Shown: in pieces, positions 38,801 to 50,600 of the stretch | Layout of the letters: the number at the start of each line of letters is the position of its first letter | Position numbering within the stretch: position 1 is the stretch's first letter | From: Tubiluchus corallicola | Taxonomy: Eukaryota > Animalia > Priapulida | Direction of reading: 5' to 3' | Length of the DNA stretch: 64,000 nucleotides | Assembly (NCBI GenBank): GCA_030141605.1 | Contig: JAQGDQ010000685.1 | Span: 48,914-112,913, forward strand | Translations under genes and position numbers: made by a program | The notes under the pieces: generated by a model | Seen by the model: only the letters and a program-made list of their open reading frames with translations | Database searches by the model: none | What the model was told of the DNA's origin: nothing

Positions 38801-41800
38801 GCCCAGGCATGTGCCCTGGAGAGACCACTCCAGTGGTTCAAGGATCTGACTGCTCAGCCACAGTTGACGCTGCAGCTCCATCAATGTGATCAATAACTGA
38901 CTTTTTTGGCGCACATTCCTTTGTCTTCCGAGACAGAAGGATGCCAACAACAACTAAATTCCTACTACTAACTTTCGATGTTGTTGTCTACTGCTAAGTG
39001 AATATAGTCTCAAATAGCACGTAGGTCTATTAACTCAAACACACAATTTTAAAACTGTCATTCAGCAAACTTTTTCATATCTCTCGTCTTAATAACTATA
39101 CAAAGCTGCAAGAATTTATCAATTTCATATAAAAAGTATGATTTCTGACATACTACAATAATCAGGCCTGCATAACAATATCAAGACCAGAGATAGGCAG
39201 ATAGTGAATTTGGGGTCACACGGTTGCAGAATGTGCAATAATTTTGCAAATAGTGAATTATGTGCGGATATGCGGACTGAGGAATTCTAATGTCTAAAAT
39301 TGCAGATTTTACGCGAAATTGCAACAAATTTATTCTCTTGTACATTAAAAAGCTTATTGCCACATTAAACACCTTTAATCAGTTTAATCACTAGTTTCTT
39401 TTAAGATGTCCTCATCACCTTCTGCTTTTTTGCTGCTTTCCGATATTTTACGTGGAAATTCCTAGACGCAAAACATTGCTTGTAATTACAAATATTATAG
39501 TTTTTTTTGCTCGAGCCTATTGTGGTTTGTGGCGTGGTGTCATGGGCATGATTATGGTCTAGTGATGTACAGTCGACCCTCGTTAAACCGGACCCCGTTA
39601 GCCCGGATATCGGATAAGACGGACGTCTTCCGTGGTAAAGCAAACTGACCGATTTCCGTCCGAGCCGGAGCGCTAAATACAACACGGCCTACCAACTGTA
39701 CAATAATTTCTTTATCCTCACGGGTAAAGTATTTTAAAGTAATATACAGTATAGTATATAGTGCAATGTATATAAGCCTTATTAAGGTGATTATTCATGT
39801 ATAATATAGACCATATATAGGCATATCGGATAAATCGGACAATCGGCTAAACCGGACTCCCCAAATTAGATCACAACTAATTTACTTTCCAATTACATAC
39901 GCTTACGATCCATGTCTATTTATAATTTATGCATAAAGTAAAACTCGTTGTTGAAAAATGATTCTAGTCGACTATTAACGCTACCATGAATACGTAGTTC
40001 GTTTCCGGCACTTGACCTCCCGTTCGAAAAAGTTCTTCCAGATCGTAGAACTGCAAAAGATAAAAAATCATAATCAGACAAGAAGATATCAAAAGACAAA
40101 TGAAACAACTCATTCAAGCACCGTCACAGATTAGAAGTATAAATATTTATAATTCAGAAGCTTGATCTTAATTTACTTGAGCTTTAACCTGGAATCGTGC
40201 CAAAAATGATAAAAATTTTCAATTTATTAATGATTAATTAATTTGCTACTAAGTTTACTACCAAAAAACCTTTTCAATTTCAAAGTTTTTATTTGGATCA
40301 CTTCTGCCTCTTAAATAATATTTATTTAGCAAATCTGAGATGTATTACAATTTTGTAGAGAATATTTTAAGCTTTCTAGCAATACCGAAGTTACTGTAGT
40401 TGTTTTATCTCATCGGGAAAAATTCCATGTAAAATTTTTCAAGAGTTCTCATAAACAACACATATGCATTAATAATTATTAGCACAAACTGCAAGTTTAA
40501 CAGCTGATATATTTGAATTTTCCAAAGGCATCTCCTCACTTTAAGCAAATACTCAGCACTACAAAAAAGTACATCCGTACAAATAACACATCTTCACTTA
40601 AAGATTGTAATAACAGCCACTTTAAAGATACTTTCGGTAAGTAGCAGCTTTAGCTATCTTGACTCTTTCAGACTGGTAAAAGTTTTCAATTAACGCATTT
40701 AAAGTTAGCGTTTACCTGTCCAAGAAGCAGACTTACCTATCTTGACTCGTCAACACTGGTAAAACTTCTAATTAACACATTTAAAATGACCGTTTACCTG
40801 ACCATGGATGTCACCACAAATTGTCACTGGGGTAGACACCGGTTGAACATTGGATTCTTCTAGTAGCAACGCACAAACGTGGTCACATAGTTTCTGAAAA
40901 TGAGGTTCAAGGTGTGATAAAAGGACACAATATCATGCAGCAATGTTATGCAATGAACAACAAAATCTAGTTTACACTAATGTAATGTAATTACAACGTT
41001 ACGAGGTAATGTAGTAATCCCGTTACGAGGTTTGTGTATAATTAAAACTTAACAGTTTAGGTCTAGAAAAAAATATGTTTGTTTCCGGTCATCGACCGAT
41101 TGTGTCATTTCATAAGCGACTCAATTTATTATGTCGTTTATTAGCACAAAATATGCCTACAGATCATTGACCACATTCACGTTTCATACAGCAGCGTCTA
41201 AAATGCAAACGAAATGACCAGTGGTCACCCACGCAAAATTGTAACTGAATACCAAAGTAGCTATCAGGCATGGTTGCAGCATGCACAATGTGATTGATAA
41301 AGAAGAATCTGGTACTGATCACTCGTCAAAGTGATCACATTGATCACTGATCAAAGTGTAGATGTTTGTCATTATTTGAGCTAACAATATCAAAAATAAA
41401 ATGATCAATTTTCACTAATGAAAAGGGAGCCTCTCAAAGCATTTTATGTACCAGTGAGTTTGGGACTCGGCACAGTTTATATTTGGCACTTTTTAACTGA
41501 ACTGATAACTAAAGTATAGCAAACAGAACATAGCGACATAAGATTCAAAACTTATACAATACAAAAACTATCTACAGTACAGTCACATTTAGTGCAAATT
41601 GTAAATTCAGCCTAGTTACAAAAAGTAAAAGCAAAAATTATAAAAGAAGTAAAAACATAAAATAATTAAATCATAAAGTTATATAAAATTAATAACCTTC
41701 TTGTTATTTTACACAGTAGCTAATGCACACTAATGTTCAGCCATATAGTGTTCAGTTGCATTAACTCAGGGGTGTGCAAATTATCTGACTAGACGGGCCA

Positions 41801-42900
41801 CATTAAACATTCCTGCGGGCCACATGCAGTTTGGTCAAGGAGCCAAGTACAGTAGGACCTAATAACGATTTTTTTCATCCGATTTGCACACATCATTACT
41901 ACTGCACTACTACACTCAAGAAACTATTTTAGCAGTCTATATAAAATTTATATTAAAAACCATATATTTCGTCATGTCTGACAGTGACATTAAGTGATAA
42001 CGGTCTTGTAAGGGTTAATGCCATCCGATCTAGAGGAAAAAACTACCCGCACTATCTTTGCGATATTGGCGTAGACTTCAGCTGGATCGCGTGGGCCGCA
42101 CTTTCATTACATTGACAAACCTCTTCGCCGCACAAGATCTCTCGGTGGGCCGCAAGTGGCCCGCGGGCCGCAGTTTGCACACCCCTGCATTAACTGCTGA
42201 AACTGCTTCAGCAGTACCTGTTCTCATGAATTGGTTATATTAATAATATTAATAATTCCTACAGGTGGCTAACCTTGATAACTCATAGTTCTTAAACCAG
42301 CCTGTCAAAACTAATCAGTCATTATTTTTGCACTTTGTAATATTATTGTATGTTGTAGAGAATTATAAATCATTTAGTTATGTATTTTACTATTACAAAA
42401 AAATGGTGATTAACTAATAAACTTACTTACTTACATGATCACTGCTCAATGGCCAGTTATAATGCACACAATTACGTGTACATATTCTGGATTATTCATT
42501 TAATTTAAAAAGGAAAATCAAGCACAGAGAAGCACAAGTACCTTTTATTAATTAGTTAAAAAGTGAATTTATATATAGACTATTTTTAAATAACATTACA
42601 TTTATAAACTGAAAAAAGTGAAGAACTCTTCAAAATAACACTTAGCAGTTGGTAATCTGGTCAAAAATGTGGTTAACTGGCAATACGTAGATATATAACA
42701 AAAAATGAAATAAAATCCCTACCTACCCAAACGGTAAAATAGCAACAATTCCGAACAATTCCGAAACAAACAAGTTTTAGGACATCATAATATAACTTTT
42801 ATAAGCCACCCTTCTACCTACTCACCTTCAAATCATGCTCTGGCAAATATTTGCATTCTTTTGCAATCTCAACCCATTTATTCAATTCCATAATGCCCAT
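32805..42900 (-). CDS. PPP6C: Serine/threonine-protein phosphatase 6 catalytic subunit, 305 aa, 9 coding exons
   Basis: Exons 42900-42826, 40893-40798, 40050-39985, 38363-38296, 37062-36989, 36350-36271, 35544-35427, 34176-34027, 32995-32805 total 918 nt. Motifs [35 protein letters not shown]-terminal TTPYFL; PP6-type KYLPE.DLK and [10 protein letters not shown]. Confidence 0.96.
32952..33660 (-). repeat. ~118-bp tandem repeat x6 made of the PPP6C last-intron 3' end, acceptor and first ~44 nt of the last exon
   Basis: Each unit reads ...cttcacatttcag|GGTACAAGTTCATGTTTGAAGAAAAACTCGTTACC on the minus strand. Confidence 0.95.
33700..33857. repeat. 78-bp tandem duplication
   Basis: gtgtgattgaatttaagcattaccgaacctgg...tatggtag occurs twice. 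Confidence 0.9.
34177..35426 (-). other. U12-type (minor spliceosome) AT-AC intron of PPP6C
   Basis: 5'ss ATATCCTTTTT at 35426; branch point TTCCTTAAC at 34195-34187; 3'ss TCAC at 34177. Splicing restores the conserved GAFC-D-LVWSDP. Confidence 0.93.
34437..35358. repeat. 51-bp minisatellite, ~18 copies, inside the U12 intron
   Basis: Unit gggagatcaaggagctgcagaagccatagcctctcaactttttctcttaaa. Confidence 0.97.
35662..36129. mobile_element. Tc1/pogo-like MITE sharing its core with hAT-like family B
   Basis: Termini tacactcatatcccggtttgccggac / gtccggctaaccgagatacgagtgta; the interior is the reverse complement of the family B interior. Confidence 0.65.
36482..36936. mobile_element. hAT-like MITE (TAGGGCTGAGA..TCTCAGCCCTA)
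   Basis: TIRs; degenerate 8-bp flanks gtttagac/gtttaaag; internal 28-bp repeat x3. Confidence 0.7.
38515..38952 (+). mobile_element. ~440-bp GC-rich non-autonomous retroelement (SINE-like, probably RTE-related)
   Basis: 11-bp TSD actaaattcct; (AAC)n tail; second copy at 56918-57371. Confidence 0.8.
39570..39862. mobile_element. MITE family C, copy 2 (right end truncated)
   Basis: Near-identical to 28989-29306. Confidence 0.85.
40640..40805 (-). repeat. ~81-bp diverged tandem duplication including the PPP6C exon-2 donor
   Basis: Minus strand: ggtcag|gtaaacggtcattttaaatgtg.. then ggacag|gtaaacgctaactttaaatgcg.. Confidence 0.7.
41767..42187. mobile_element. hAT (Charlie-like) MITE family D, 8-bp TSD cattaact
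   Basis: CAGGGGTGTGCAAA...TTTGCACACCCCTG with a perfect TSD. Confidence 0.9.
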
Positions 42901-44644
42901 TTTGAATTTTCTGAGCACAGGGTTCTACATGTAAACTAAATTTTCGCAAGTCAAAAAATTTACTTCTAACGAAGAAATTCTCTTAAAAACACTAACATGT
43001 ACAGTACAGTACATCAGTATTTTTGAGATGTTTAGAATATGGCCGTTAATTCAAGAACCCTCCTAAATGCCGAACCAAATGCACCCACTACGCCATCATT
43101 ACAATATTTTTTGAACTTCTCTGCGCCCACTCGACAGAGTCGACATGCTAGGCTAACAGACAGCCATTTGTCTTGTTATTACCTCACCCGATAAGTGATA
43201 ACTGATAAGCTCACCCGGAAATGTACAATGGGCAAGGCACTAGTCACTGTAAAATTTTCAATTGCTGTCTAATCATTGTTAATTTGCCTCCTCAGCAGAT
43301 AACTGAACCAGTTACAGCTCCTGCTCCAAAGCTCATCAGTCACCGTTTTTACCTGAGCTACGTCTGCCATTTCTTGATTAGCCATTCTGAGTATCCTTCA
43401 CAGGCACTTGAATTAAAATGCAAAAAGTTTCTTCTGCTCTGTTATCAACATATTCCACAGCTCATTTTCTCATCATTTTCCATGCCTCACTTAATGTGCA
43501 AAAGAACCAATCTCACAAGTGATTTGACTAGCTTCATTTTTGCCCTTGCACCAATGTTTCTTGTTCTTTAGTCTTCTATAATATGTTACCTGCACTTGCC
43601 TGCTTACTATATCTTGTGTTCCTCCACCTACAATAATTGTTGACAATGCACAATGTCACTCGCAGGAATGCAAACTCTTCTGTGTCCTTCACACTTATCA
43701 GTTTTACTTTTTGCCAATTGTTGCATTCCTCTAGTTGCCCAAGACTTTCTCTTGCTGCTATGTCAGGTTGAAGATATCTGTAAGCCATCAAATCATTTCC
43801 TCTATATCCACTGTTACTATGCCACTCTGATCATCTATATACTTTTCCAAGTTCATATTTTTCAATGCTGTCTTAATGTCTTGTTGTTTTATTCTTCTTC
43901 AGTGGATTGCATCCACTCCTTGCATGTGTTCCATTTAACCCTCTCTTGCAGAAGTTTCAGGGTATTTGTTCTTGAGTAGATTTTCAGGGTCTTCACAACT
44001 ATACATATTTACAGAAATAGGTTGTCACCCTAGACCCAAACTTCATATATCTTCACTACTACAGGGAGACCAGTGGAATCCTGAAAAATTTCACAAACCA
44101 TTGAAAAACTGGGCTAAGCCAAGTCTTTGTTTTTTAAAAAAAATACTTTTCATTAGTTTGCAGTTCACCTTTTGGCTAACATCTAATCAGCTTTGCTTGC
44201 CATCAAGTCAAATTAGAAGTGGCTAAAATGAAATAGCATTATTTTAAATACATTTTTTTGCTCCGCTCGCTTGACAAACTATGGTAAAAAACCGCAAATA
44301 GCTTACCTACGATACTCTTACTCTTTCTAAATTTAACTATTAAAAGATTCCTATTAAATGTTTTCTCTTTAGTCTTTTCTTACCATTCCATACTTCTGTC
44401 TTGTGTTAAAATTATACTACCAACTCTAATACCCCTCAGCATATTTTTCTTATTGGCCTAACTAATTTTCCGAAATTATGATCATTTCTGAAATTCAAAA
44501 TAATAGTAATTGGTCATTTATGTTAGCCATTATAGTGGCTAAGGCAAATTGCGAATTAACAAAAACCAATTTACGTCGGAAAATCAGGGACTTGATTTAA
44601 CCTATTTTTTCCAATGGTTTGTGGGACTTTTTCGGAAGGACAAG
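42901..44644. promoter_or_regulatory. Divergent (head-to-head) promoter region of PPP6C and CDC73
   Basis: Start codons at 42900 (-) and 44645 (+); ETS-like CCGGAA at ~43215; probable PPP6C 5'UTR intron ~43182-42927. Confidence 0.6.
43300..43960 (-). mobile_element. Highly degraded RTE-like LINE remnant
   Basis: Broken minus-strand peptides IKTALKNM.LEK, WLTDIFN, AKMKLVKSLVRLVLL..EAW, CL.RIL resemble RTE ORF2 blocks. Confidence 0.5.
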
Positions 44645-47600
44645 ATGGCAGACCCGCTGAGTTTGTTGCGCCAGTATAACATTAATCGAAAAGATATAAT
44701 TGAAAGAGATTCACAAATAATTTTTGGTGAATTTTCATGGCCGAAAGCTGTTAAGACAAACTATTTGGCATGGGGGTAAGCAAATTGTTTTACTGACTTT
44801 ACAGTCATCATTATAGTATGATCTGTTCTAGTATTTTTAAATTCAAGTATGGTCTTAATTGGCTCAAGTATATTTGAATGTATTGTGATCTTTATTTTAA
44901 TTGTTATAACTGTTAAGTCTTGGGGGAAAAGCATAGCTGTGACATTACGTCTTGTCAGATTGTAGTTAGTTATTTCAAAGCAATTGACTTCTTAAATGTA
45001 TTCTTGGGTGCATTGACTGTTTTACAACAGTTCCTTACAATACAGCAGCCTACCAATAGGCAATACCTTACCGTATTGACTGTTTCCATGACACTATAAG
45101 CGCTATGCATATCAACAGAGCTCACTGCATTCTTTCTGCTATTTTTCGTCGCTATTCACGAAAATTGCAAGCAATAATTTTTGGAAACCATGTATCTGTC
45201 GAAATTTAAGCGTGATAATTACAGCTGTAGCATTAACTTATTATTGTACTATTAGACGGAAAAGTTTCCCATCTGTCTATTGCTGAGTGATACTTATTTG
45301 AATGATAGTGATCACATTCGAATGAATACGGATCTTCCACGCGCATTACGCATACATAAAGTCATACCTTTAGTTGTAAATAACAATTGCATTACATTAT
45401 ACTTACTCACAAGTAGGTGGTGCACTGTGTCTAACAGTTGTAGTGGGTAAGACGACAGCAGAAAAAGAATTGTTTGACTGATGTAGCTAGGCTTAGACGT
45501 ACTAAATAGAAGACAAGGAACTTTCATACAATGTGTTTTGTTTGCGCATATATTTGCATATTTTTTTACCGTAAATTGATTTCCAATTATGTACTACTTT
45601 CAGGTCAGGAAGGGATGGAACTGCAAAAGAGTATTATACATTGGACTGCGTGCTTTTCTTATTGAAAAATGTTCATCTTTCTCATGGCATATACGTCCGA
45701 CAAGCTGCGGTAATTATCCAACTTTTTAACTATTCATGCAGCCTAGGTGCTGACCGCCTTAACCCTTTCATACCCGTGGTATCCCGTGGGATACGAGAAT
45801 ATTTTCTGCTTTTAAAATTAATAAAATTTTAAAACTGACAGTTGTTTGATCTGTTAATAGTTATTTTGATTTAAGCCAATAACAACAGACTAAAAATGGT
45901 GATAAAATGGCAAACTAGAAAGTCTGCATAGCATAAGAACTGTGCGAGGTACAGTACTCTAGAAATGACTTTGTACAGGTCAGCATAGCATGCATACTAA
46001 ATGTCTTAAATACTTTAAAAAATTACCAACAGTTGCAAAATGAAGCACATTTCATGCTTCCATTGAATCCCAATGTATCCCGTGGGATACAGGCTATATT
46101 TAGCACGCGGGCACAGGTAGAAAAAAAATAATTATTATGTGTAAACAAGATGGACATACTGAACAAAAGTACCAAGCCAAAATTTTTTTTCTTATTAAAA
46201 AATAAAATGGGACTGAAAGGGTTAAAACTTGACATTATTGAAGTTTTTTCATTATATGCACCTTGCTGAATTACTTCAGTTACGATACTTAGTCAGTTAC
46301 GATTCTTAGATCTCATATTTTTCAAACCACTTACCATGTGTAGATTGTTATCTGTGGTTATAAGGAGGCTTAAGCATTAGTGATTCATATTTTTGTTAGC
46401 ACTAAAATCTTGCACATAAATATTACGGAAAAACCTTTTTCATTTCATGAATTAAAAACATTTTGAGCGGGTTTTGCGAAATAAGTGAGCCAGTGGTAAA
46501 CGATTTTATATGGCAGTTGTCTGTAGAAAATTATCAGTGCAGATTGTAAAAATACAGTTGACTTTAAGCCTAGTTTAGTTTGTCAGTGTCAGTTGAAGAT
46601 GCCGAAAGAATTGATACCCACTTTAAATCTACAGGTAGTTGCAGTGACTTACTACCTATGCGATTTACGACTATTCTACTTTAAGTAATTAATTATGCGA
46701 AACCAACTATAACTCATGTTTCTTTGTATTTTTTAAGCAAATTAACTTTAAATAGCTATCTGTTTTGATAAATGAATCGTAGGCACCGCCATACTTAGTG
46801 CACGTACACATGCACCATTTTCCGTGTTGGGATCTAGACTGTGCCGGTCCGACTTGCGTTAAATTCATCTTATGACCAATCCGGTGGTCTCAATTGTGGT
46901 CTGTCATCGACTTGTAATTGCATTTTCTACCCTTTGCCGGTACTACCCATTTTCAAGGAAGTTTTGTCAACATCTTTACTAGGCTGAAAACATACCGGTT
47001 GTGCGACGTCCAGACAGGAGAGATCTTCTAGCTTATCTCAATGGGGAGACGAGTACCTCAGCCAGTATTGACAGGAGTGCTCCGTTGGAACTTCCCTCGC
47101 AAGGTAACATCTGCTTTACGATGTTTTTGCTTTGTTTGTTTGCGCATAATTGTTATAAGAAAACAAAAGCATTTTGAGCTACTCGCATCATTACATTATT
47201 AGGAAGCCATGTTTTCTCGGTAACCACTGAACCAGTTTGTAACAAATAAGAAATCAGAAGAACCATTTATCCTTTTATGGTCTTACGGAAGGTTTATTTT
47301 CTAAAATTAAATCCATCAATAACGCCCATTAAAGATTATATATATATATTATATATTATATATTATACACATATATATATATTGAAGAATTAAACGTAAC
47401 ATCAAGCTCATGAACATGAATATAATTATATGTACCTAATATATATATTTATATTTTATATATTATCATTATTATTTATATTATATGTATTAGCTTGATG
47501 TTGAGTTTAAGTCTTCAAGGGTATATGTGTATTTGCTCATCTATAAATGTATCAAAAAGTAAGTATATATATATGTATATACAATGTTATAAATGTTTGA

Positions 47601-50600
47601 AAGCAATGCTAAATGAGAGTTTGAAAAACATTTACGCCTAATCTGGGGCACGAACCCACGCCTTCTATTATCCATGTGGCGAGCACTAACTTTCATTATT
47701 TTTGTGCAGTTAAGAGGTCGGCACCAGAGCCAGCACCCGAAGTTACAAAGAAACCAAGAATTGAGGTAAAACACGATCGCCATTCGTTTACCAGTCGTAC
47801 CTTGTGTTGCTTAACTCTGTAGCCGAGCGGAATCATCGCTTGGTTATAGCCTCATCATACTTGGTTTTAGTTGGCGTGCTCGGTCAACTGGAATTCCCTT
47901 TTAAATGTTATTTTGTGACGAATAATGAGCACGAAACCGGTGTGCAAGGGAAATGCGCAGAACTAGCAAGTTTTGTTGGCTCCCCATCAACAAACCACCT
48001 TCTCTCAACCTTCTATTATCCTGATTGTAACTCGTTCTTCTTTCAATCTGCTTCATTACTATATTTAATTCTAATGGCAGGTTCAGACTAACGAGTTTTC
48101 TTTCGCAACTTTAAATTCGCAAGTGTGGACTGCTTTGCGAATTGCTATCGGTAAGAATTTGCTGATAGAACGACTATCTAGTGTGAACGCTTCGGCGAGT
48201 AACTCTCGACTCTTCTCACAGGGAGGAGAGAAATGAGTGTCAAGTGTCAATTCGCGCTTACTGTCGCAGAGTAACTTGCAGGAAGTGTTATTTTCTTGTA
48301 CGAACATGCTTGCGAGTTACTTTGCCAGTTACTTGGCGAGTTAACTTGGCAAGAATGCTCGCCAACACATAGTTTTGTTGTACGTACGTGCAGTTATTGT
48401 AGGTCAAAAAATGATAAAACCAACTATAAGCAGCTAAAATTGACAAGGTAAGATCATTTATGGCTGCTCCCTTAGTGGTTTATTAAGCAGTGACTACTAT
48501 ATTTTCATATCTATTAGTAATATTCACCTTTCATAATTTTAAATGATTGTTTTTAAGAAAGTGATGCTTGATGTTTGCTGTTAAAGACATTATGTGTTTA
48601 TTATTATTGTTTAGTGACGTTCACCTTCATGTTTTCAGGAAGAGAAGGTGGCAGCTGCAAAAGAGAGACTTGCCGCTCGTTTAGATGCACCAAAAGAGGG
48701 AAGGGTTCAAGCTTATCAGCATGAAATCAGGTTTGGTGTTAAATGTATGCTAGGTGTTGGTCTTCCAGCCATTCATTCCTGTAAAATTTGAATATGTGTC
48801 TTTGTCCCTTATATATTTTCAGGTCTGCTTAGTTTAAAAATTTAGTCTATCAATACATAAATGATGTTTTTAGTCCCTGAACATCGTTATTAAGGGTTTA
48901 AACAGTGGCGGTTCACAGCTAAAATTAGTGGGGGCGCTGCTTCAGAACATTTTTAGCCATTGTTTTAATATTGTGTAAAATGAAACAAACATATAAAAAG
49001 AAACTTATACATAAATGTGATAAAATCCTAAATAAAAATTTATTTACTTTATAGTTGTTACAGTTCAAGTTAAATTGATTTAATGAATTATTTTACTAAG
49101 TTTAAATTGATCCATTCATTTTAAAAAGAAAATCCATTCTTCTCGTTTTAGTTTGCGCGAAAAGATTAATAATTTTCTTCTTGATCTGTCAGCACTCTCT
49201 ACCTCTCTTTCTACCTATCCTGCAGCATCTTATTTCAAACATGTGCACGTGGCTGCATGCACACAGCAGCCAAACACCACGTTGCTACAGCTGTGAAGCG
49301 TACAGTCCTGAAATTGTGCTTTGCACAGTTCTGTAATGTGCTCTGATTACATATAAGAGTTTACAAGTATGAAGCAACAATTAAAGAAAAAAGACTCATT
49401 GTATTGAATATTAACAATAATATCGAATGAAAATAGAGGGTACGATGCCTATACGAAGAGCCGCCACTGGGTTTAAAACACATGTTCAATATCTAAACGA
49501 ATGATTCCTCACACTGACTAGTTTTACTTTTTAGATGCAATGATTTCTATTAACTTTGAAAAGTTGTCTTAATTATATTACGGAAATGTTCTCTTTTTTT
49601 CACCTTTGTTATAATTGGTAATTATATTCGGTGTTATGAAATTCGTTAGTTTCGATTTAGGTCTGCAAAGCCTGCTTAATAGTTTCTTATTCTCTTGTTT
49701 AACAGAGACTACGAAAGCTTTTTGTGCTCTTTTCATTAGATCACTATCTGAGACAATGTCTGTAGAGAAAATCCTCGCTATCAAAGCGAAGCGTTTGGCA
49801 AAGAAACGCACGATGATTAAAGGCGTCGGTGAGCCGGACGACGGACTCCTGGAACAGCGAAGCTTCGTCGACGCAGAAGTGGACGTGACTAGAGATATTG
49901 TCAGCAGAGAGCGGTTATGGAGGACGCGGACTACTATACTGCAAAGTACAGGAAAGGTAAATGTTTTGTAACTTGATAACTATTTGTAGTGTGTTAGTGA
50001 TGGTGATGTGCAATGATTCTGAAACTGATAGAAACCAGCCATGTTTTCCACCCTTGCAGGCACTAGGGTCTTAGAAACTAGCCATGTTTTCCACCCTTGC
50101 AGGCACCAGGGTCTTAGAAACTAGCCATGTTTTCCACCCTTGCAGGCATCAGGGTCTCAGAAACTAACCATGTTTTCCACCCTTGCAGGCACCAAAGTCT
50201 TAGAAATTAGCCATGTTTTCCACCCTTGCAGGCACCATTGTCTTAGAAACTAGCCATGTTTTCCACCCATGCAAGCACCAGGGTCTTAGAAACTAGCCAT
50301 GTTTTCCACCCATGCAAGCACCAACGTCTTAGAAACTAGCCATGTTTTCCACCCATGCAAGCACCAGGGTCTTAGAAACCAGCCATGTTTTCCACCCATG
50401 CAAGCACCAGGGTCTTAGAAACTAGCCATGTTTTCCACCCATGCAGGCACCAACGTCTTAGAAACTAGCCATGTTTTCCACCGATGCATGCACCAACGTC
50501 TTAGAAACTAGCCATGTTTTCCACCCATGCAGGCACCATTGTCTTAGAAACTAGCCATGTTTTCCACCCTGCACGCACCAGGGTCTTAGAAACTAGCCAT

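Noticed and set aside
47780-48390. Possible Harbinger-like element remnant in CDC73 intron 4
   Set aside because: Termini and TSD could not be defined and no clean coding motif was found.
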